From Yuukianura sp. NJ FZ-2021 (taxonomy: Eukaryota), in assembly GCA_046563655.1 (NCBI GenBank), contig CM102288.1, positions 5,642,001-5,706,000 of the forward strand: 64,000 nt of DNA, written 5' to 3'. Under the pieces are notes generated by a model. It made no database searches. It was not told the origin of the DNA and was given only the letters and a program-made list of their open reading frames with translations. Each line of letters starts with the position of its first letter. Position 1 is the stretch's first letter. The translations under genes were made by a program, and so were the position numbers. Positions 13,258 to 27,050 of the stretch are shown here, piece by piece.

Positions 13258-14722
13258 CTAGCCCAGAGTTCCTATGACAACGTTAGCCAAATGTCCAAGC
13301 ACCCAAAATCGCGATGACGCCGACAGTTCTTGAGTAACGAAAGTAAGAATCCAAACTATCGCCCTGTCGTACAGCGTTAGCATCGTTTTCAATTGAGGAG
13401 CTTCAACTCCCAGTACAGAGTTAACCATAAAGTACATTATTGAGTTAAGGCGGACTATCGGTATAAATCGGTTAACTGTTGCGTCAACTACTGTGGCTGT
13501 AATCGAGAATGATTCTTTGTTGAAATACTTGATTGCTGGAACCATGATCTCTTCGTATCCTTTTCTCTGTGATTCCGTGTCATTTAGATGCAAAGCGCAG
13601 TTGAATTTGTCGTGAATTCCAAAGAGGCTGCCAACTACTGCCCAGAGATGCATATACGCTTCCATGCCTCGTGTGTCACTGGGGTCAAGCCCAAACCGTT
13701 TTGGTGAAATCGTTAGAATACAGGAAAACGAATAGTGCACTGTAGCCATGTCAAACTGGGTGACTCCAGGAGATGTGTCCAGCAACAGCTTCGTTACGTT
13801 TGGTGATGCTGGAATAGCAGCGGAGTCAGCCAGGAGAGCATTGAGTACTGCTTGACTGTGTTCAGAAAGTGGTTCCGGTGGAATTGGAAAGCTGTGGACC
13901 CTGTGCTGTTCTCCTGACACTTCCATGTGTTTGTTCCGCAATGCTGTCATGAATCTCCGTCCACGCGAATTTTCATCCAGAAGGTCCTCTTGCAAAACTG
14001 AATTCTGAGTGCTCATTGCTCGAGACATTTTTTCCAATGAGTGCTGCCTGGAGTGAAATTTTCCGCTTTTCAGTTCTACTTGAGCAATACGCGGAGGATC
14101 GTAGACAAAGAAATTAAGTGTAGACGAAAGTATCACCGCGTAAAAATTGTTTCTGGAAAAATAAATAAATGTGAGTTCGTTTTTCCTCGCAAAGCCAACA
14201 TATCGAGTGACATCAAGGTTACTCTAGCAAACAAATCGTTTTCCTTTAACAGTTTAGGCAATAAGTTCCGTTTTCAAAAAATGTTGCTACAAACAACTTT
14301 TCCCATGAAGTTGTTTATCGCTATTTTTGTTTACTTACGAGGGAAACGTTTCGACGCGATTTCGAAATTTTGAATTTAAAAATTACAGTCATCTTCTATA
14401 TGTCAAAATAAATTTTTTTTCCCGCAGTTTTGGTGCGAAACTACTGCACAAAATTTTCAGACAGACATAGACAGACAAGATCAACACATAAAGTAGCTTT
14501 CTCTACTCAATAAAACTGTACTGAAAATTCATTTTTTAGTGACCTGGCAAATAGAGCTCCTTCTCTGAGTAGTTCCCGATTTCCCCATCGATCATGTCCA
14601 GTTTCACTGATGTTGTACTCTTGTTTAAGAGTGTAGTTAATTTTGCTACTTTCTGAAATCAATTGGTTGTAAAAATATCCTGGAGCCAATTGGCCGCCAC
14701 TCAGTGCACCTTGCAGCTCCAT
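13258..14722 (-). CDS. MpaB/latex-clearing protein (DUF2236)-like heme oxygenase, tandem copy 1
   Basis: Exons 14722-14544 and 14152-13258; motifs ALRNKH, VTQFDMA and MEAYMHLWAVVGSLFGIHDKFNC match the ER-bound oxygenase MpaB/rubber oxygenase catalytic-domain family. Confidence 0.8.
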
Positions 14723-15345
14723 TGATTATAACCAAATCATAACCTTTATTGGCATAAACGGAACCCAATGAAAGTTTTTTTTTTTTTGCAAACCTGCGAA
14801 AGGCGTCAAGGTTTTTCTCAAGTTTGAACTTTTATTATGTTGCGCCCAGGCAAGGTTCATCACTTAGAAATTTGAATCTGTAAAGTATATAAAAACACTT
14901 TAAAATGGATTCGGAATTCCCAAATTCTGTGCTAAGTTTAAGTATGTGATCAGGATCACGCTGTGATCTGGAAGTTATTGTAAGGTATTCCCACAATATC
15001 ACAGTTTCGGCGATTTTAGTCAGTAGATCAACCATAAAAAATCAACCTGCATAAATTTTTTCTCAAGGTAGCACATAATCCAGTTTGATTCTCAAAAACA
15101 CATAAAAACTTTAAATGTAAAACCAGTTTTTTAGTTTATTTTATGACGAGTGTTGAAATTTTAAGGAAAGAATGGACAAATGGGAACATAGAAAACTTGC
15201 TTGTTATTAAATAGTGAAACTGGTTTGCTACTTTATATTTTCCCGAGTTTGTCTCTCTGTTTGTCTACTGTACATTAACTCTGTAACCACTGAACCGATT
15301 TTGAATTTGTTTTCGTAGATAACCTAACACAAGTTCCAACAATTT

Positions 15346-16796
15346 CTAGCCCAGCGTTCCTATGACAACGTTAGCCAAATGTCCAAGCACCCAAAATCGC
15401 GATGACGCCGACAGTTCTTGAGTAACGAAAGTAAGAATCCAAACTATCGCCCTGTCGTAGAGAGTTAGCGTCGTTTTCAATTGAGGAGCGTCAACTCCCA
15501 GGACAGAGTTAACCATAAAGTACATTATTGAGTTAAGGCTGACTATTGGTATGAATCGGTTAACTGTTGCGTCAACTACTGTGGCTGGAATTGAGAATGA
15601 TTCTTTGTTGAAATACTTGATGGCTGGAACCATGATCTCTTCGTATCCTTTTGTCTGTGACTCCGTATCATTTAGATGCAAAGCGCAGTTGAATTTGTCG
15701 TGAATTCCAAAGAGACTACCAACTACTGCCCAGAGATGCATAAATGCTTCCATGCCTTTTGTATCACTGGGGTCAAGGCCAAACCGTTTTGGTGAAATCT
15801 TTAGAAAACAGGAAAGCGAATAGTGCGCAATAGCCATGTCAAACTGAGTGACTCCAGGAGTTTTGTCCAGCAGCAACTTCGTTACGTTTGGTGATGCTGG
15901 AATGGCAGCGGAGTCATCCAGGAGAGCATTCAGTACTGTTTCAGCGTGTTCAGAAAGTGGTGGCGGCGGAATTGGAAAGCTGTGGACCCTGTGCTGTTCT
16001 CCTGACACTTCCATATGTTTGTTCCGCAGTGCTGTCATGTATCTCCGCCCGCGTGAGTTTTCATCCAGAAGGTCCTCTTGCAAAACTGAATTCAGAGTAC
16101 TCATTGCTCGAGACATTGTTTCCAATGCGTGCTGCCTGGAGTGAAATTTTCCGCTTTTCAGCAGCGCTTGAGCAATATGCGGAGGATCGAACACAAAGAA
16201 ATTAAGTGCAGACGAAAGTATCACCGCGAAGAAATTGTTTCTGTAAAAAAATAAATTTGTTTTTTCTTTCTCGCAAAGCCAAAATATCGAGTAACATCAA
16301 GGTTCCTCTAGCAAACAAACAAACGTTTTCCTTTAACAGTTTCGGCAATAAGTTCGTTTTCAAAAAATGTTGCTACAATCAATTTTTCCCCTGAAGCTGT
16401 TCATCGCTATTTTTTTACTTATGAGGGAAACCTTTCGACGTAATCTCGAAATTTTGAATTTAAAAATTACAGCCATCTTCTGTATGTCAAAAGAAAATTA
16501 TCTACAGTAGTTTCGGTGCGAAACTGCTGTAGAAAATTTTCAGACAGACAGACATCGACACGTAAAGTAGCTTTCTCTACTTTATAAAACTGTACTGCAA
16601 ATTTATTTTTTAGTAACCTGGCAAACAGGGCTCCTTGTCTGAGTAGTTCCCGATTTCCCCATCGATCATGTCCAGTTTCACTTGTGTTGTAGTCCTCCTT
16701 TAGAGTGTAGTTAATTTTGCCACTTTCTGCAATCAATTGGTTGTAAAAATATCCTGGAGCCAAATGGCCGCCACACAGTGTACCTTGCAGCGCCAT
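15346..16796 (-). CDS. MpaB/Lcp (DUF2236)-like oxygenase, tandem copy 2
   Basis: Same two-exon structure and motifs as copy 1 (ALRNKH, TQFDMA, HLWAVVGSLFGI). Confidence 0.8.
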
Positions 16797-17460
16797 TGAT
16801 TTCAACTAAATCGTAACCTTTGTTGCCTTGAACAAATGGAACCCAAATGAAAAATAGTTTTTGCTAACCTGCGAAAGGCGTCAAGGTTTTCCTCAATTTT
16901 GAACTTCTTATATTTTGCTCCCGGGCAGGGTTTAGAAATTAAAAAGAATCTGTATATAAAAACACGTTAAAGTGGATTGGGAATTCCCAAATTCTGTGCT
17001 AAGTTTATGTATGTGATTAGGAAACCATTCCCATAATATCACATTTAAGGCGATTTAAGTCATTATACTAACCATAAAAAAATCAACCTGCATAATTTTT
17101 GCATCAAGGTTAGTATCAGATAAGCCAGTTTGAGTTTCAGGCACGTAAAGAGTTGAAATGGTTTTTTAGTTCAAATTATGACCAGTGTAGAAATTTTAAG
17201 GAAAGACTAATGGAGAGATAAAAAAAGTTGGTGGTTATTAAATAACACAACTAGTTTGCTACTTTATGTTTCCCCCGAGTCTCTATGTCTGTCTGCCTTT
17301 CCGCTGTACACTATCTCTGTATGTCCGCAGTCTACGTAAGGTGTAATGTCAAGGTTGTATAAATCGAAATTTTGTTTATTTTTTCTTAGCATGTTATGCC
17401 ATATAACTTTTAACTTTTATTAACTTTTTTTTTTTACTTTTTTGTTTGTTGTAGCTATTT

Positions 17461-18924
17461 CTAGCCCAGAGTTCCTATGACACCGTTAGCCAAATGGCCA
17501 AGCACCCAAAGTCGATATGACGCCGACAGTTCTTGAGTAACGAAAGTAAGAATCCAAACTATCGCCCTGTCGTACAGCGTTAGCGTCGTTTTCAATTTAG
17601 GAGCTTCAACTCCGAGTACAGAGTTAACCAAATAGTACATAATTGAGTTAAGACGAACTATTGGTACAAATCGGTTAACTGTTGCGTCGACTATTGTTGC
17701 TGGAATTGTGAATGATTCTTTGTTGAAATACTTGATGATTGGAACCATGATGTCGTCATACACTCTTTTCTGTGACTCCGTGTCATGCAGATGCAAAGCA
17801 CAGTTGAATTTGTCGTGAATTCCAAAGAGACTGCCAACTACTGCCCAGAGATGCATAAATGCTTCCATGCCTCGTGTGTCGCTGGGGTCAATACCAAACC
17901 GTTTTGGTGATATCGTTAGCAAACAGGAAAACGAATAGAGTCCTGCAGACAATTCAAACTGCGTGACGCCAGGAGTTCTGTCCAGCAGCAGCTTCGTCAC
18001 GTTTTGGGATACTGGAATGGCGGCAGCATCATCCAGGAGAGCAGCCAGTACTGTTTCACTGTGTTCAGAAAGTGGTGGTGGTGGTACTGGATAGGCATGA
18101 ACTCTATGCTGCTCTTCTAATATTTCCTTGTGTCTGTTTACAAGTGCCGTCATGTATCTCCGCCCACGCGACTTTTCATCCAGAAGATCTTCTTGCAAAA
18201 TTGAATTCAGAGTGCTCATTCCTCGAGCCAGTTTGTGCAATGAGTGCTGCCTGGAGTGAAATTTTCCGCTTATCAGTTCCGCTTGACGACCACGCGGAGC
18301 ATCGACGACCATCAAGCCAATGGCAGCCGAAAGTATCACCGCCACAAAATTGTTCCTGAAAAGAAAAATAGGTTAGAGTTTTCTTCACGGTGAAAAAAAT
18401 CGACTGGAATTTAGTAAACTGCATGGGTTTTCACATAAATTAAGCCAGTCGTAAACCAGAATGTAGAAAAGTAGCGCAAGGTGGCGCTAAAATCTCAAAC
18501 CCCTGCTCACACCAGTACACTATGATGACGATGAGGCATAATGCACCATATTTATAACAGGCAAAAGTTTACTTTGACCCGGAGGGAGGTCACTTAGTGT
18601 CAGATGATATAAACTAAAGTTGTTGATCTCAACGAGATGGAAAGAGACAGACAGACATAAAGTACCGATACATAAAGTAGCTTTTGCTAGTTGCTAAAAC
18701 TGTTTTTATATCTATTTGATATGATAATTTGTATTTAGTAACCTGGCAAACAGAGCTCCTTCTCGGAGGAGATCCGGATTTCCCCAGCGCTCATGTCCGG
18801 TTACACTGATGTTGTACTCTTCTTTTAGAGTGTAATTAATTTTGCCACTTTCTGCAATCAATTGGTTGTAGAAATATCCTGGAGCCAATTGGCCGCTACC
18901 CATCATTGTTCCTTGCAGCTCCAT
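17461..18924 (-). CDS. MpaB/Lcp (DUF2236)-like oxygenase, tandem copy 3
   Basis: Same two-exon structure; ALVNRH, TQFELS, HLWAVVGSLFGI. Confidence 0.8.
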
Positions 18925-19542
18925 TGATTGAAACAAAACCGTAAACTTTTTCGAAAATAAATCCAACTCAAATAAAACTAGTTTTTGCAATCCTGCGAAA
19001 ATCGATGAGGATTTTCCAATTTTCTCAAGTCTGAAATTTTTAGTTGTGCCCAGGATTTTACAATTAAAAATTTTGGAAGGTGTAAATAAAAAAAAACTTT
19101 AAGGAAAGATTTAGAATTCCCAAACGTTGAGTTCAGCTTATTTATTTTATCTTGCTGTGATGCGAAAATCATTTTACGGTATTCCCATAATATTCCAGAA
19201 ATGTCATCGATTTTACTTTTCTACAGTTTCTTTGAATCATTGTGTAAACTAAAAATATCAACCTTGGACTTATATAATAGCATAATAGTTTCGCACAGCA
19301 ATTATTGTAGACTAAAGCTAGCAGATACTCTAGATTGATTCTCAAAACGACGTAAAAACTTGCAATGTAAAAGTTTTTTAATTTAGGTTTTTATGACAAG
19401 TGATGAAATTTCGAATAAAATAAGTAAATATATTTCCTGAAATGGATTTAAACATTTGCAGTTAGGTTGTCACCAACATTAACCGAGTTGTCAATAACTT
19501 CACTTCAATGTTGAACCTGTAACGCAAAAGTTGTAACCATCT

Positions 19543-20860
19543 CTAGCCCAGAGTTCCTATGACTACGTTAGCCAAATGCCCAAACACCCAAAGTCGATAT
19601 GACGCCGACAGTTCTTGAGTAGCGAAAGTGAGAATCCAAACTATCGCTCTGTCGTACAGCGTTAGCGTCGTTTTCAATTGAGGAGCTTCAACTCCGAGTA
19701 CAGAGTTTACCAAATAGTACATAACTGAGTTAAGACGAACTATTGGTATGAATCGGTTAACTGTTGCGTCGACTATTGTGGCTGGAATTGTGAATGATTC
19801 TTTGTTGAAATACTTGATGATTGGAACCATGATGTCGTCATATACTCTTTTCTGTGACTCCGTGTCATCTAAATGCAAAGCACAGTTGAATTTGTCGTGA
19901 ATTCCCAAGAGACTGCCAACTACTGCCCAGAGATGCATAAATGCTTCCAGGCCTCGTGTGTCACTGGGGTCAAGGCCAAATCTTTTTGGTGCAATAGTTA
20001 GTAAACAGGAAAACGAATAGTGTGATCCAGATATATCAAACTGAGTGACTCCAGGAGATTTCTCCAGCAACAACTTCGTTACGTTTTGGGATGCTGGAAT
20101 TGCGGCGGCATCATCCAGGAGAGCATTCAGTACTGTTTCACTGTGTTCTGAAAGTGGTGGCGGTGAAATTGGAAAGCTGTGGACCCTATGCTGTTCTCCA
20201 GACACTTCCATGTGTCGGTTCCGCAATGCTGTCATGAATCTCCGCCCACGTGAGTTTTCGTCCAGAAGATCCTCTTGTAAAACTGAATTCATGGTGCTCA
20301 ATGCTCGAGACAGTTTCTGCAATGAGTGCTGCCTGGCGTGAAATTTTCCGCTGATCAGTTCCGCTTGACGAATACGCGGAGAATCTACGACGAACAAGCC
20401 AATGGCAGCCGAAAGTATCACAGCGAAAAAATTGTTTCTGGAAAAGAAAATTGGCATAGGTTTTAAATAAAAGACGTCAAAATATTGACTAAAACTTAAA
20501 AGACTGCATACATTTTAGGGCACTTAGGGTCACATGGTCACTTAGGGTCACATGCTATACAGAAAAGAAAGGCCAGACAACATTTCTATATAACGGACGA
20601 CCAGACAGACAGACAGACAAGGACTTGAATAAAGTGGCTTTCGCTACTCATAAAACTGAATGCTTTCATGTTTTGAGTTTACAATTATTTTTTAGTAACC
20701 TGGCAAATAGAGCTCCTTCTCTGAGTAGTTCCGGATTTCCCCAGCGATCATGTCCAGTTTCACTGATGTTGTACTCTTGTTTAAGAGTGTAGTTAATTTT
20801 GCTACTTTCTGCAATCAATTGGTTGTAAAAATAACCTGGAGCCAAATGTCCGCTACCCAT
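19543..20860 (-). CDS. MpaB/Lcp (DUF2236)-like oxygenase, tandem copy 4
   Basis: Same structure. The position of the paralogous start codon reads ATT; the next in-frame ATG (MGSG) is at 20860. Confidence 0.75.
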
Positions 20861-21825
20861 TGTCCCATGCAGCTCAATTCATTACAACCAAATCCTGAGG
20901 TGTGTATTAGAAAACAAACGGAACACAAATGAAACTAGTTTTTGCAAAGATACAAAAATCATCAAGGATTTTCTCAAGTTTGATGCTCTAAAGTTGCCCA
21001 AGGAGTATAACAATTAAACATTTAAATTTGTAAAGAGTATATAAAAACACATAAAAAAAAGTCAAAATTCCAAAACGCTGTGTTATGCTTATGTATGAGT
21101 GATCTCCCTGAAATCCGGAAACTATTGTACGGTATTCCCATAACAGTATCGTCAAATTTAAGTTTTCCTACAGTTCATGTCATTCATTACAGTAAACATA
21201 AAAAATCAACCTTGGACGCGCATAATTGTTGACTAAAGGTAATAGCATATACTCCACTTTGATTCTCGAAAGCAAGTCAAAAGTTGAAATGTAAAAGGAG
21301 TTCTTAGTATAAGTAATTATGACGAATTTGGAAATTTTAAGGAAAAACTGGACTAATCCGCACATGAAATGGTAACGCGAAGAACGCTTTTAGTCAACTT
21401 TTATATAAAAATTCACCTGTTGAGATACAACAAAAGTTCAAAAGTGGAATGAAAAATGACCTAAAATGTAATTAATGCAGCAGAATTAATGGAGATTTCT
21501 AAAATATGTATCATTTAAGATTTAAAGTATCTTTTTTGTTTGAAGGTAAGCCACTCCTTTTTCAAGTCAGTCAGTAAGTTCTTAAAACCATTTTGGCATC
21601 CATTTGGCACGATTTAAAATAACTCTGCTTGTGTCTTTATTAAGTTATTTCACTAGAATGTAATAATTGTTATTACATTTAAATAGTTTCTGGCACTAAA
21701 TTATAAACTGCAATTTTTAGGATTCATTGCTACAATAGTGCGAGATGGTGGCACGCTGTACGCATGCTAACTTAACCTTAGACTCAATTATTTTACAGGC
21801 TGCTACTGAATTGAGCGTATTTACC

Positions 21826-22095
21826 TCATCGAAACGTTAACAAAAGACTAATAGTAGTGTTGAGAACAAAATTTGCGTAAGTCTATACACAGAAATCCTA
21901 TTCTGCCATTGTAAAAAATTCACCAACGCTTATTACAATGGGTTGGCAGGATTCTCTATAACGTCTCTCATTCTTAGTACGTGGTAAATTCCTACTGTTT
22001 TGCAAAGTGTAGTAACTCTCAGAGTATACTCTAACATTTACACCTTGACAAACGACAAACCCACTCGTACATGCTATGATATCCACCATTCCTAA
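21826..22095 (-). pseudogene. 3' fragment of a gustatory-receptor-like 7TM gene
   Basis: VNVRVYSESYYTL...SCQPIVISVGEFFTMAE*DFCV*TYANFVLNTTISLLLTFR*: two nonsense codons and no 5' part. Confidence 0.85.
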
Positions 22096-22237
22096 TATGC
22101 GTGGTTTTAAAGGTTTTGCATCACTTTCGTTAAAATTGCTTCTGTTAATTCTACTGGTAGTTACCGTTACATAATTAAAATTAACTATGGGATACGTCCT
22201 GTTTGAAATGTAATAGTTCGAGTACATTCTCTCTCAC

Positions 22238-23483
22238 TCAGCGAAACGTTAACAAGAGACTAACGGTAGTGTTGAGAATAACATTCCCGTATGTTTCGAC
22301 GCAGAAATCCATTTCTGAAATTGTAATAAAATCGCCAACGGTTAACACAACTGGTTGGCACGATTTCCTAAACCTACTCTCATACTTTGTACGTGGTAAA
22401 TTCCTACTGTTTTTTAAAGTGTAGTAACGCTCGGAATATACTCTAATATTTATAGCATGTTGACAAAGGACAAACCCAATGCCAAATATTAGGAGATCCC
22501 CACATGTGAATATGAGTGGTATGACAGGGTTTGCTCGCCAGTTGCTTTTGAATATGGCAAATGTAAATGAAATGATAACAAGTATGTTTCCGCAGTACGC
22601 AATTTGAATCCACCACTTTTGGTTGTCAATGAGAATTGCCATAAAAAGTTGAATTGTTCTGTACAACTGACGAAAGTTGTTCTTCTGTATGTGACTTGCA
22701 TCCGATCTTTCAATTGTGACCATTGTTTTCAACCACTGCTTAAGAGATGTACTAATTAAAAGATTACATAGCAAACTAAATAAACCCCAGAATGCAAAGA
22801 AATTGATGGTTATAGCTGCTACAACGCTCGCCAAACCTGCTGCGATAGTATGGCTTCCAATTAAGAATGACATTACACGAACTGTTAACCCCATCAGGAA
22901 CAAGCCAGTAAAGGCGGCTAAAGTAACCAGTACTGGTATATACAGAAAAGCCGGGTAAGTCGATAATCTGAAAATGTGGACATAGAGGTACACAACGTTG
23001 TCAATCTGTTCATGACAAATATTGTCACCAACGGTTTTGCCTGTTAAGCAAGAAAAATTAGTGTTGTCAAATTAAGTTTTAAGGCAATATTTTTAGTTTC
23101 AAATAGTTTGTACTAGTATATAACTAACGTATGCCGTGCTCAAGTCTGAGGAATCTGTTTAAAAAAGTAATAGCTCTCTTGTAGTCTGCATTCCAAAGTA
23201 GTTCTGAGTAGATCCCACAGCCAAAGCAGACGCCAATTGCAACTTCAGCGGCAAAATGTAAAGGCTGGCTAAGTTCCACTGTGGCTTGTAACGGAATGAA
23301 TAGAGCCAAGATGTACATAGTTATTCGAAGTAATGAAGTAATTAGTTTTACTTTTTTGAGTTTCTTGGGAGAAATCAGTTCCAGCACCCATACTTTTGAT
23401 TTCAAACGGACCAGGTTGTAGGGGCAAATGTTAAAATATTGGCCAAGTTTCAAATACTGGTTGAATTCAATGTAAGCAGACAT
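22238..23483 (-). CDS. Divergent gustatory-receptor-like (7TM chemoreceptor superfamily) protein
   Basis: Exons 23483-23129 and 23040-22238; multiple TM segments; LYRTIQL motif; C-terminal KSCQP..L..G.F...T..LLL GR/OR-superfamily-like motif. Confidence 0.75.
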
Positions 23484-25166
23484 TGTTGTTCAAATTGAAG
23501 TTTGGCAATCTGAGTTCAAAAGAAGTACTCTGTAAGGTATACCTTGTTTTTTTCAACCTGCTTCACAGAATTCCGGGCTCTGACTATTGCTTTTTTGTGG
23601 ATGTAGTGGAGACACTTCTTGAAAAACTGACATTGTCTTTACTTCCCAAGGCTAAACAAATTTAATTATCTGCAGTTAGAAATGGAAAAAATGTCAATAG
23701 TAATTTGGAATTTGTCAGTAAAAATTTTGGTTTTGGAATGTAAAAGCTGACGTGGCCAGAATTCACTTGATCCAACCCATTTAACTCCCAAAACACAAAA
23801 CAGTCATTTTTATAAAAGCTTGAAATTGGAAAATAAAACTTATCAAAATTCCATTTCCTCGTTTTATTTTTTATAGCCGTGGTCGCCAAAATGCTTTTAA
23901 AAGTATATTCATTGAATTTAAACAGGAGTGGCCAATCAACTATTCGAAGTTTCGAATAATTTTTTCCACACTATTCGTTCAACAAAATAGTTATTTACTA
24001 TAATCCCTAACAATTTAATTTTGGTCTACATGTAAGTTTTTGTAATTGTTGTGCAATACTCTACGAGTTTGGTAAAAAAAATCCAACTGTCATTAATGTG
24101 AAAAACAACCGAAATAGACACAGGCTACCCAAATAGTTTGCGACGTTGGTTGCACCTTATCCATTTTATTTAAAAAATTTTTTTCAGTAAGCTTGATGGT
24201 GAGTTTCGACTTGATTCGAAAGAGGAGTGACTTGATTTCCTACAACGAAGAAAAATTGCTTTTAATTGAGAATAGCATTTACGAGATTTAAAATAATTAC
24301 GTTTGGGCAGTTTTTTTTGCAAATAAGAATTTTTGGCAATTTCACTTTGTGAAAAATATGCTGGCTAAGCTCTTCTAACATGAGAGAGAGAGTAACTACT
24401 GGAAAAAATACTGGTGGATTAGTATCTAACTTGGAATCATAGGAAAAATTTCAAAGTTTCATCAATACTCACCGACTACATCAATAAGGAGATTAATTTT
24501 AATATTTTTGTATGGGCGTTGTGATTTTAGAGAAATACTGACTGACATGAAGAAGGCGTTATCGACTGACTATCTAACGAACAACATTAAGAATATTTTT
24601 TGTGCAACTTAAATTAATTACATTTCTTACAGTTGTCTTGAGAACAAAATTCCCATCAGTTGTGGTTACATGAAACTGAAAATTTATTGTAACTACAATA
24701 TAGACTATCTCCGAGCTTCACTTTTTATCTTATTCTCAGCCTTATGTTAGCTGACGTCCGGATTTCCTTTCGTCTAGAGCAAGTGAGATAGCAAACTATA
24801 GTTTGCTTTGTATTCGAAGTCGATTTGTATGTACAATCGAAGATGCATTTGAGTTGTGGAGTGTAAAGGATCTAAATTTGAAAATTAAGTACTTTGTGAT
24901 CATTTGGTCTAAAACAGCATTTCAAAAAACAACAACCATACACTTTAAAAATATCGGCGCGATAACGCTTGAGAGTGGTCGAAATAATAGTTCGAAGTAG
25001 TTGAGCTCTTATCTCCAAAAGGGAGTGGCATCATGTCATATGTTTAAAAATTGTTTCAGTGAATTCTACCTTCAGTTACAGTTACAAAATTATCGCTAGG
25101 TATTACGTCCTGTTTCAGATGAAAATTTTTGAGATATAACAAAAATTTGTTCCAGGATATTCTTTC

Positions 25167-26406
25167 TCAGCGAAAGGTTAGCAAAAGACTAATAGTAGTG
25201 CTGAGAACAAAATTTGCGTAAGTCTCTACACAGAAATCCTTTTCTGCCATTGTAAAAAATTCACCAACGCGTACTACAATAGGTTGGCAGGATTTTCTAA
25301 AACGTCTCTCATACTTAGTACGTGGTAAATTCCTACCGTTTTTTAAAGTGTAGTAACTCTCAGAATTTACTCTAAGATTTACAGCATGTTGACAAAGGAC
25401 AAACCCAATGGCAAATACTATGATATCCACAAATGTGAGTATGAGTGGTATCAAAGGGTTTGCTTGCCAATTGCTTTTGAATCCTGCAAATGAAAATAAA
25501 ATGACAACAAGTATTTCTCCGCAGTAAGCAATTTGAATCCACCACTTCTGCTTGTCATTGAAAATTGCACCAAATACTTGCATTGTTCTGTACAACTGAC
25601 GAAATTCGTTCCTTCTTATGTCACTTGTACAAGATTCTTGAAGTGCAGCGAGTGTTTTCAACCACTGCAGGATGGATGTTAACATTAAAAGAATACAAAG
25701 CATACTAAATACACCCGAGAATTGAACAAAATTGAATCCAAGAGATGCTGCAACGCTTGCTAGAACTACTGCGCTAATATGGCTACCACTTAAAATTGAA
25801 ATTACGCGCACAATTAAGCCCAGAGTGAAAAGGTCAGTTATGGCAGCCAAAATAACTAATATAGGTACATAGATAAAGGCAGAGTAAAACGTTAGTGTGA
25901 AAAGGTGGACATAGAAGTACACAACGTTGTCAATCTGTTCACGACAAATTTTATTGCCAAACATTTTACCTGTTAAACAAAAAAGAAATTAGTGTTTTGA
26001 AATTCAATTTGTAGGAAATATTTTAATCTGAAATAGTTTGTAGTAACTAACGTATGTTGTGCTCAAGTTTGAGGAAACTGTTGAAAAACGTAATGGTTGC
26101 CTTGTAATTTGTATTCCAAAGTAGTTCCGAGTAGATATGAAAGCTTCCGCATGCGCCAAGTCCAATTTCAGCGGCAAAGTTTAATGGCTGGCTACGTTCT
26201 GCTATGGCTTGAAACGGAAGCGCTTGAGCCACGATGTATATAGTTAGGCGAAGTAATGGACAAATTAGTTTTACTTTTTTGAGTAGCTTCTGTGGAACAA
26301 GTTCCATTACCCACTCATTTGATTCCATACGTACCAAATTGTATGGGCAAATCTTAAAATGTTGGCCAAATTTTAGATACTGGCTGAGTTCAGTGTAGGC
26401 AGACAT
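25167..26406 (-). CDS. Divergent gustatory-receptor-like protein (paralog)
   Basis: Two exons with the same intron position and high similarity to 22238-23483 (MSAYTEL...LLLTFR*). Confidence 0.75.
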
Positions 26407-26754
26407 TGTTGTTTGGGTGGCAGTTGGACAATCTGGGTTCAAAAATGAAGATATCTGTGGGAAATACGGTTTTATCCAAGCTGCTTCAAGCAATTCCGAT
26501 ATTAGACTGCTCTTCTTTCCGTATATTATGGAGTCACTTGTTGAAAAACTGAGATGGCCAAACATACATAGGTAATCATAACCTCTAAACTAACTTCATT
26601 ATTTCCTGTCTTAGGTTGAAAAAAAAATGTCATCAACTTTCACCATCTTGTCAATAAGGAAATTAATTTTAAGAATTCGAAAGTATGGCCAGAAAAAACT
26701 TGTAGTTGGAAAAACCCAGTTTAAATTTTTTAAAATTCAAAGACCAATTTCTCT

Positions 26755-27050
26755 TTTTATGGGCATGGTGGCCATAATGGTTCTAAAACTAGTATACTCA
26801 ATACTGAAGACACAGAAAAAGACTTTATTATAAAAGCTCGGAATTGGCAAATTTAATTTATGTAAACTCCAAAGTCTAATACTATTTTTGATGGGCGTGG
26901 TCGCCAAAATGGTTCTAAAGCTATACTGAATAATGAAGACAAAGAAAAGACTTGGTTAGAAAACCGAGAAATTGACGAATTTAATTTAAGTAAACTCCAA
27001 GGTCTAATACTACTTTTGATGGGCGTAGTTGCCAAAATGGTTTTAAGAGT
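26755..27050. repeat. About 128-bp tandem unit (about 2.3 copies) of a dispersed GGGCGTGGTCGCCAAAA-containing repeat
   Basis: Repeated ATGGGCGTGGTCGCCAAAATGGTT...AAACTCCAA.GTCTAATACTA; related copies near 12950-13180, 23700-23910 and 40550-40730. Confidence 0.65.

Noticed and set aside
15848..20341. Conserved plus-strand ORFs (15848, 18072, 20045) repeated across the array
   Set aside because: Antisense shadows of the duplicated oxygenase exons.
13258..20860. Recent bacterial horizontal transfer of Lcp
   Set aside because: The genes contain an intron and their motifs resemble the arthropod DUF2236-like family; this cannot be claimed without a phylogeny.
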